Source: Mesotaenium endlicherianum
Lineage: Eukaryota
DNA: 20,000 bases
Direction: 5' to 3'
Assembly: GCA_009602735.1 (NCBI GenBank)
Contig: WELA01000374.1
Location: 160,809-180,808, forward strand
The notes below the pieces were generated by a model. The model saw only the letters and a program-made list of their open reading frames with translations, searched no databases and was not told the DNA's origin. Position 1 is the first letter of the stretch; each line of letters opens with the position of its first letter. Positions 1-7,943 of the stretch are shown piece by piece. Made by a program: the position numbers and the translations under genes.

Positions 1-1
1 G

Positions 2-565
2 CACTTCCAGAATGGGAGCGGGGGACCACCCCAGAGCAGCAGCAGCAGCGGAGCGCAATCCAATAGCGGTGACAGCCCCGAAGGCCTCCTCCGCAGCCGG
101 GGAGGGGCCGCCGAAGGGGGTGGCGCAGGGGCAGGGGCGGGGGCTGGGGAAGAGGGAGGGGCTGGAGGAGGCGGCGATGGAGATGGAGGAAGAGGGTGCG
201 GAAGAGGGGGAGGGACAGAGGGCACGCATGTGCTTGGGGGGCTACACGGGGGGACACACGGGGGGGCACACAGCGAGGGGGGAGGCGGGCAGGGCAGGGG
301 CAGGGGCGCGGAGGAGGAGGCGGCGGGGGTGCCGGAAGAGCTGCGGATGGACGTGCCCTTCCGGCCGGCGGCCAACGAGATGGAGCAGATGCTGATGCAT
401 TGCGCGGGCGCGGTGGAGGGCGGCAACCTGCAGGCGGCGCACCGGATCATGCGCACGCTGACGGCCATGGTGTCGCCACATGGCACCGCGGGGCAGCGCA
501 TGGCGTACTACTTCCTGGAGGGGCTGGCCGCGCGCATCATCGGCACGGGCTCCGCCATCTACCAG
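2..565 (+). CDS. GRAS exon: low-complexity N-terminus plus LHRI (begins upstream of the window)
   Basis: Frame open from base 2 to ...GTGSAIYQ; donor CAG|GTGGGC at 566. Confidence 0.88.
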
Positions 566-577
566 GTGGGCCCCCGC

Positions 578-611
<34 letters not shown>

Positions 612-3600
612 TTGGTGGTGGTGTTGCTGGTGCTGCAGATGGTGCTGGTGCTGGTGCTGCTGGTGGGAGTGGTGCAGCTGCGGCCGTGGCTGTGGCTTCT
701 GGTGCTGGTGCTGGTGCTGGTCCTGCTGCGGCTGCGGGTGTTGCGTCCACGGCTATCTCGCTGTCTGTGTGTGTGCGCACATGTGCATGTCTCTGTGTCT
801 GTGTCTCGCTGTGTGTGTTTGTTTGTGTGTCCGTGCATGGGTGTGTGCGAGTGTGCGTGTGTGCACGTGCGTGTGTGCGTGGGTATATATGTGTCTGTAT
901 GTGTGTGGGTGTGTGGGTGTGTGCCTGTGTGCGTGTGCACACACGCACACAGGTAGCTAGCGGCTCAGGCAGCGGCCTGACCATGGCCGGGAGGTAATGT
1001 GTGTGCACCCCCAGCTTCAGGGCTGCGTGTGCTTCCTCCTTCAAGTGTGTGTCTTCTGAACCAGTACACTCACCTTCTGTTACTGCGTGCGTGATCGTGC
1101 GGTGTGTGCGTGTGCGGGTGCCGGGGGGGGGGAGCGGGGGGAGCCGGAGCGTGCGCAGGCCCTGCAGAGCAAGACAGGTGGCGGCTCGGGGCCCGCTAGC
1201 AAGGACATGCTGAAGGCGCTGCTGGCGTTCCTGGAGGCGTGCCCCTACGGCAACTTTGGCCACGTGGCGGCCAACGCCGCCATTCTGGAGGCTTTCGAGG
1301 GCGAGGCGCGCGTCCACATCATCGACTTCGGCATCACGCATGGCACGCAGTGGCCCACTCTGATTGAGGCGCTGGCGGAGCGGCCGGGCGGTCCCCCCCA
1401 CGTGCGCATCACGGGCATCGACGCGCCGCAGACGGGCCTCAAGCCGTCGAGCATGCAGGTGTGCGTGCGTGTGTGCGTGCGTGTGTGTTTTTGCGGGGGG
1501 AGGGGGATTCGTGTGGTGGAGGGGGTTGCGAGCATGCGCGTGCGCGTGCGCATGCGCTTTGCATGAGGGCGCATGGGCGTGCATGTGCACGCAGTGAGTG
1601 TGTGCGCACGAGTGTGCGTGTGCTTGCCCCAGTTTGTGCATGTGGGTGTCGTGTGTTTGCGTGTGTGCATATGTTGTGGGTGCCTGTGCCTGTGCCTGTG
1701 CATGTGCAATGTGCACGTGTGGACGTGCGCGCGTGCGCGCGTGCGTGTGCACGTGCCTGTCTATGTGCGTGTGCGTCTGTGCGCCTGCACCTGTGTGCAT
1801 ACGTACATGCGCGCGTGCACGCGTGCGTGCGTGTGTGCATCCATGTGGGTGTGGTCCACATGAACATGTGTGCCTAATTCATAACGGGAGGTCTTTACAG
1901 CACGCGCATTTTGTGAAAGGGGTAGTCAGAGCCGCACCTGCTGGGAGTGTGGCCCCAGTATTATGAACTCTATATATGTGTATGTGTGCATCTGTGCATC
2001 TTGTTCCAGTATCTGACGTGTCCTTTCAAACACATACAGCGGAAAGCAGTAGACACCCCCCAAAAAACGGTAAAGCGAGCGTGAGGGAGGGATACAGAGA
2101 GCTTCAGACTGTATGTGTGCGTGTGTGCGTGCTTGTGCGTGAGAGGGAGCGGGAAGTGAGAGCAGGAAAGAGCAGCAGCAGCAGCAGCAAGCAAGGCAGA
2201 GGCAAAGTCTAGACAACGGCGGTGACTCTTCCGTGTCCTTAGCAAGGGCCTCTTTTGGTTGGGCGGGTGTGTGCGTGTGTGCGTGGGTGCGTGCGGTGTG
2301 TGTGTGCATGCGCGGTGTGCGTGTGCATGTGCGCGGGTGGGTGGGTGCATGGCTGCGTACGTCCTTGGGGGGGTGCATGCTCGAATGCGTGCTTGCGTTT
2401 GTGGTGGAGGTGGGGAATGCGTGTGCTCATGGGTGGGGCTTGGAGGTGGGGGTGGGGTGGGGGGGGTGCGCTTGCTCGTTCGCTTGCTCGCTTGCTTGGC
2501 GCATGCTGGGGGCCACCACGTGGCAGGAGACCGGGCGGCGGCTGACGAGCTTCTCCAAGGCGATGGGCGTGCCCTTTGAGTTTGCGGCCGTCACGGAGCG
2601 CCTCGAGAATCTGAGCATCGATCAGTTTGATCTGCGGCCGGGGGAGACCCTGGCGGTGAACTGCGTGCTGCGGCTGCACCAGCTGCCCGGCGACAGCCTG
2701 GAGCTCCACATGGCGAGCCCGCGCAACGCCACCCTGGAAGTGCTGCACTCGATGAACCCCCGCCTCGTTGTGCTCGTCGAGCAGGTGCGGGCGCCGCCGC
2801 CTGTGCTAGTGAGAGCGAGGGGGAGGAGGGAGGGGGGGAGGGAGAAAAGTGGGGGGCGAAGAGGNNNNNNNNNNNNNNNNNNNNNNNNNNNNNNNNNNNN
2901 NNGGGGTTTGGGGCGGGGGGGGAGAGAGGTGGAGCGGGGAAAGAGGGAGAGAGAGTGCAGGCTGATGGATTTGTGCAATTTAAGTCTTCTCCATTGCTCT
3001 GCAGGCTGGCCGCTCGCTGCTGCAATCTCGCGCTGGGGCGCAGCACGCCCTGGCCCCACTTGTCCTATCCCTGCTCCTCCTCCCAACACGACACACGCTT
3101 TATGGGCCGCCCTGTTGCACTGCTTGGCGCTACTTGGCATCCTCAGTGCTCGCGCCGGTTTTGTTTCCTTTCCTTCAGGGATTATACCCTGGCTGATCGT
3201 TTCCTCGGGCGTTTGAGGTCCGGCATTGAGGGTTCAGTTAGGTTTGCAATCTCAGACTCAGGGTTGTCATTAGGGTTAGGCTTTCATCTTGGTTTGAAGT
3301 TATTAGTTAGTGTGGGGGCGGGGTTGCAAGTAGCTTCTCCCGGGTGTCACCTGCCACCTGCCACCTGCCACCTGCCACCTGTCACCTGTCATCTACTGTC
3401 TACCGTTTGCCCCATCCTGCCACCTGTAGTCTTGCCATTTCTTACTTTCTCATCATCTGCACGAAGCACGGCCCTGCATCGTGCACGGACACACAGCCCC
3501 AAAATGACCAAGATACTTGGGCTGACTCGCCTGCGATGTTTGCATCTGCACTTGCCCCCGTGCACTTGCGCGCGCGCGCGTGCTTGCATTCCCCCTTCCC

Positions 3601-5254
3601 CCCGCCCCTCCCGCCGCCGCGCGGCGTACTCACGCTTGAGCCGCAGCAATTTGCGCGCTCCTCCTTCTTTGAGCCTGGGCTCGCACGCGCGCTCTCTCTC
3701 GGTTGTGCCGCGGCGCACGTTCGCGCGCTCTTGGATCATGCCTTGACGTGTGCGCACGCTCTCGTTTCTGCGTATGCGCATGAGCAGCACACGGACCACG
3801 GCCCGTGCGTGCGCTTGCTTTTGCACGCGCGCTTGCTTGTGCCTCAACTCTTTCGCTTGCGCGCTCGCTCGTGCGCGTGTGCGCGGGCTCTCTCGCTCTC
3901 CTGCTCGGGCCTGGACGTGTTCCAGCTTGCGCGCGCACACGCACGCCTGCGCGCTCGCTCGCTCGCTCTCTTGCTCACTTCCTCACTTGCTCACTCGTGT
4001 GCGCTTGCTCGCTTGTGTGCGCGTGTGCGCTGGCGTGTGGGCGGGCGGGCCAATGAGTGAGTGAGCAGCACACGGAGCACAACCTGCCGTCGTTCCAGTC
4101 GCGCTTCCGGGAGGCCCTGCACTATTTCAGCGCGCTCTTCGAGTCGCTGGATGCGGCGCTGCCCTGGCACAGCACGGAGCGCGTGCTCATTGAGGAGCGC
4201 GTGCTGGGCCGCAAGATCGTCAACATTGTGGCGTGCGAGGGCGGGGACCGCGTGGAGCGCCACGAGAGCCTCGCCAGGTGGCGCTACCGCATGATGCGCG
4301 TGGGCTTCGAGGGGCAGCCCTTCAGCGCCGAGGTCATCGGCAGCCTCATGGTGTGTGCGTGCGTGCGTGCGCGTCTCCAAGCGGGCGAGCGAGTTGGCGA
4401 GCGAGCGTTCCCGGGGGGGGGGAGCGCGCGGCGTGCGAGCGCATGCAAAAGGACGTGAGACCCCCGTGCAGCGCGTGCGAGCGGGCGAGGGAGCGTGCGT
4501 GGGAGCGGGCGAGGGAGCGCGCGTATGAGTGGGTGAGGGAGCGCATGCGGGCCTGGGAGGGAGGGAGGGTGCAACGAAGGGAGCACGTGCGTGTAAGCGC
4601 ATGCAAGCGGGAGGGGGTGCGCGTGCGGGCCCGGGAGAGTGCGAGCGAGGGGGCGATGGCACGGGCGTGCGAACGCAGGGCAGCGAGCAAGGAAGCGTGC
4701 TTGCAAGCACATGCGTGGGAGGGAGAGTGTGTGCGAGCGGGTGAGGGAGAGTGCGCGCAAACGGATGCAAACGGGCGGGGGGGCGGGGGAGCATGCGTGC
4801 AAGTGCATGCAAGCGGCTGGAGGAGCATGCCTGGAAGTGCATGCAAGCGAGCAAGGGAGCATGCGAGCGAGGGAAAGCTTGTGCGACGATGTGCGAGCGA
4901 GTGAGGAGGAGCACAGAGAAGCGCATCCAACCGAGCAAGATAGGGAGCGTGCGTGCGTGCGAGCAGGAAAACGAGCGCATGCGAGCAACGGGCGTTCACG
5001 CGCACGCTCTGCCGCCGCCGAGCTCCTGCTGCTGCCATGCTCTCAGCCTCCTTTTCACCGGCACTGCACTTCTACGGTCTGGACTGGGGTGTCATGTCTG
5101 AGGTGTGCTGCGAGTTGCGGGTCACCCCAAGCGTGGGGTGCTGTGATGTCGGAGTGCTGGCGGGAGCTCCGGAGGCTGACGTTGTTAAGTGATGAAAGAA
5201 ATTAGTAGCTTCTGTGCCGGCAATAACTGCTATGGGAGTTTTGGACTCTTTCCC

Positions 5255-5293
<39 letters not shown>

Positions 5294-5807
5294 NNNNNNN
5301 NNNNNNNNNNNNNNNNNNNNNNNNNNNNNNNNNNNNNNNNNNNNNNNNNNNNNNNNNNNNNNNNNNNNNNNNNNNNNNNNNNNNNNNNNNNNNNNNNNNN
5401 NNNCCCCCTGCCGCCGCCGCTGCCACCCTTCTTCTCTTGCTCTCTTCTAGGATGTGTGTGTGTGTGTGTGTGTGTTGTGCGCGCACGTGTGCATGTGTTG
5501 TGCGCGTAGGTATGTGTGTGTGTGTGTCCACGTGCACGTGCACCTGTGGGCGCGCATGTACTTGCCGAGTGGGGTGTGTGTATGATTTCTGGTCCCGATG
5601 TCTCACCGATGAGGTTGTGGCCAATCATACTCTAACTGATCACGCGCCTTTCGCGCACGCCCTTCCTTTGCCTCATCGTTCCTGCAGACGCTGCTGAAGC
5701 GCTACCAGGAGGGGTATGCGCTGGCAGAATACGAGAGCGCCATCCTCCTCCTGTGGAGGGGCCAGCCCTTGCTCGCTGCCTCCAGCTGGCGCGTGCAGGG
5801 CCCTTGA
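2..5807 (+). CDS. GRAS-family transcription regulator, spliced, 5'-partial: join(<2..565,1159..1458,2527..2784,4069..4350,5688..5807), 507 aa inside the window
   Basis: The spliced translation gives all GRAS motifs in order: LHRI (LMHCAGAV...[15 protein letters not shown]), VHIID ([25 protein letters not shown]...[25 protein letters not shown]), LHRII (ETGRRL...GVPFEF), PFYRE (PRLVVLVEQ...[20 protein letters not shown]) and SAW (RVERHE...W...GF...[14 protein letters not shown]). All four introns are GT..CAG and phase 0. The Gly/Ser-rich N-terminal frame is open from base 2. Confidence 0.95.
578..738 (+). repeat. (GCT/GGT)n trinucleotide repeat at the 5' end of GRAS intron 1
   Basis: gctgctgct...ggtgctggtgct visible directly. 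Confidence 0.85.
760..2400. repeat. Degenerate (GT)n/(GCGT)n/(GTGC)n microsatellite tracts in GRAS introns 1-2 (similar tracts at 5450-5580 and 17020-17090)
   Basis: Long runs such as gtgtgcgtgcgtgtgtgc. The span is interrupted by the 1159-1458 exon. Confidence 0.85.
1159..1458 (+). CDS. GRAS exon: VHIID motif
   Basis: Acceptor GCGCAG|GCC, donor CAG|GTGTGC; encodes ALQSK...VHIIDF...PSSMQ (100 codons). Confidence 0.93.
2527..2784 (+). CDS. GRAS exon: LHRII and start of PFYRE
   Basis: Acceptor TGGCAG|GAG, donor CAG|GTGCGG; encodes ETGRRL...LAVNC...LVVLVEQ (86 codons). Confidence 0.93.
3345..3430 (+). repeat. 7-bp tandem repeat (CCACCTG)n, degenerating
   Basis: gtcacctgccacctgccacctgccacctgccacctgtcacctgtcatct. 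Confidence 0.85.
4069..4350 (+). CDS. GRAS exon: PFYRE and start of SAW
   Basis: Acceptor GAGCAG|CAC, donor ATG|GTGTGT; encodes HTEHN...RFREALHYF...[13 protein letters not shown]...IGSLM (94 codons). Confidence 0.92.
5688..5807 (+). CDS. GRAS terminal exon: SAW motif
   Basis: Pyrimidine-rich acceptor CCTGCAG|ACG; encodes [39 protein letters not shown]. Too short to appear in the ORF track. Confidence 0.93.
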   Translation, partial: TLLKRYQEGYALAEYESAILLLWRGQPLLAASSWRVQGP

Positions 5808-6647
5808 TTGGAGTTTAGTGTACGCTAAACTTGGCAGTACTTGCCGACCAATGTTCCCCTTCCCCTATGTATTCTTGGTCCAGCAGTTGGATGGTTTCAC
5901 AAGGGTGTACGGTCCATGGATTGGATATGTGGAGTGATATGGGGATATATGGAGAGATTTATGAAGAGATTCTCTGTGCTTCTCCTGTGGGTACGTAGTA
6001 GTACTACTCTAATTTGCTCGTTACCTGCGAGCTCAAACTCCTGCTTATCAGATTTGAGTTTCCTAGCCTAGCTAGCTATCAGTCTGAAGTTCTGGACGGT
6101 GCATTCTGGTTGCGCCACATGGCTTAGTAGCCCCCTCCCTTATGGCCATGGTGAAAAGATTTGTTCATGTAAAATGAGGACAATTGTACCAATTTAGTAG
6201 GAACACTATTGATAGGAATAATGTGCGGGAGAGGTTTGCCAGATGCCGTAGGCGGGCCCCACATATGGTCTACTTCCTCCTCCTCTACCCGCAGGGCGGG
6301 AATTATAGGGTGAAGTGGGAACAGTAGGGAACAGTGGGAATGAAATGAATAATGATGTAAACTTAGCGCAGGAGACTTTTGTTTGCTCGCCGCTATAGGA
6401 TATGGAGTCATTCGCGCACCAGGCCATATCTATGCCGCCAACCCAAATTGAGCTATGTAGGGCAATTATGTGTAAGTGAGAGTCAACCCAAAGGCATTCA
6501 TCTACTTTTTTGGATCCCTGGTGTGTTAATCTTGGCTCTGCCTTCGCCTTGACAAGCACAGAGCAGATCGGTGATACTGCCGTGATCACCTGCTTGTTTA
6601 CAAGCTTTCTAAAAGAAATTCTTCTCATTATCATCAAAACATAAGCC

Positions 6648-6794
6648 ATGAATACATATGCAATTGTTGAGGCTGGAGGCGAGCAGATTCGAGTAGAAGC
6701 AGGACGCTTTTATGACGTACGTAACTTGAGTAATGTCAAAAATCTTTGCAGTGCAGATGCAATAGTAATTACAGAGTGCATGCTGAGTTGTTGA
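6648..6794 (+). pseudogene. rpl21: Plastid-type ribosomal protein L21 relic (nuclear plastid DNA insertion, NUPT)
   Basis: ATG at 6648 gives [26 protein letters not shown], matching the bL21 N-terminal signature (YAI.E.GG.Q.RVE.GRFY) of streptophyte plastid rpl21. An in-frame TAA at 6642-6644 excludes a contiguous transit peptide. Similarity then decays, with TGA at 6792-6794. Confidence 0.8.
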
Positions 6795-7629
6795 CTGCAG
6801 ACACCAGATCCTGCAAGTACACAAGACCGTACAATCGAGAAACTTACAGTTGATATATACTTCTATAGAGACTTACCTGTATTTGTTTTACACAATGTAC
6901 ATAAAAGCCAAAAAACAGACTGCAGGTAGCTCCCTGTTTGTTGTCCCTGTCCCCGTTGGTTTTTTTCTTTTGGAAAACCCAGCGGTAGCTTGGCGCTGTT
7001 CGTATCAGGAAGCTCTTCTTTTATATATAGCGGAAGTGTACGAGCATACCTACGTCATGCACGTGAAGAGTGTGATTACACAAGGGAAAACAATGCTTGA
7101 ACCGCTACCAATCGTGGTGACAAGACATTGTTGGGCACTATGTTTTTTCTGGTCACACTGCACATTCATGTTCAGTGAGGTTACTCATGCAAAAATCATG
7201 GTAAGCAAAAGGTAGTAAGATTACTGGGTGACAATCCACCAAAATAACTTGGAAATTTACCTATAATACACTCTCTCATTACATTGTCAAAATATGCCGA
7301 GTCAAAATCTGCCGCAATAGTTCTCTATGAGCCCTCTCCAGTAGGGTGACAATGAGAGAGCATCTCACCATCAACAGCTACTCTTCTACAAAAAGGTAGC
7401 CTCCGGCAGTATCATTATGCAAAAGCTATCCATCTGTTGGCGACTGCTGATCCTCAGGATATAAAGAGGCAACAGAAACAAAAAAACATAATATATGCAA
7501 AATGTCATCCAAAAATGGCTGGCAAGATTGCCACAAAAAGAAGAGCTTTGCCTCGCCGACCTGCCCCACCCCACGTGGAGAAACTCCCTTTCTCCGTCGA
7601 CTCCGAAGCAGGACAGGCCACACCTGTCG

Positions 7630-7720
7630 CACTCTCACTTGCTCGCTCTCTTGCTTCATTGCTCACTCTCTATCTCACTTGCTCACTTGCTCGCTCTCTG
7701 TCTCGCTTGCTTGTTCGCTA
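7630..7720. repeat. Degenerate (GCTC/CTTG/CTCA) tetranucleotide tract downstream of the membrane-protein stop codon
   Basis: ctcacttgctcgctctcttgc...ctcacttgctcacttgctcgc; the same type occurs at 2470-2500 and 3830-4020. Confidence 0.7.
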
Positions 7721-7740
7721 GCTCAAAGGGCGTTAGTATC

Positions 7741-7943
7741 TCAAATGCGGGCTCCCGCCTGAGCGGGAGGCTGGCCCTCGAGTGCGCGGTACTCGTCGGC
7801 CTTGGACCACGGCCACCTCTTGCCCTCGGCGCGCGCCTTCTTCACGAAGTAGAGGAAGAGGGCGGCGAGGGCGGCGAGGATGACGAGGACCAGCACAATG
7901 ACGAGGATGGTGGACCAGATGGAGGAGCCGCCGCCGCCAGAAA
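7741..7943 (-). CDS. Membrane protein exon 3: Gly linker, TM helix, cytoplasmic tail
   Basis: (V)[66 protein letters not shown]; strongly GC3-biased codons. Confidence 0.88.

Noticed and set aside
952..993. Mini-exon within GRAS intron 1 ending at GAG|GTAATG
   Set aside because: In the read-through frame this donor is phase 2, incompatible with the phase-0 acceptor at 1159, and the GRAS alignment (IYQ|ALQSK) needs no insert.
196..5200. Many long Cys/Val/Ala/Arg- or His/Thr-rich ORFs (e.g. 559..1800 -, 3991..4980 -)
   Set aside because: They are translations of intronic microsatellites or shadow frames of the GRAS exons.
7093..7125. MLEPLPIVV resembling the plastid petG start
   Set aside because: Similarity is limited to a few residues and is not followed by PetG sequence.
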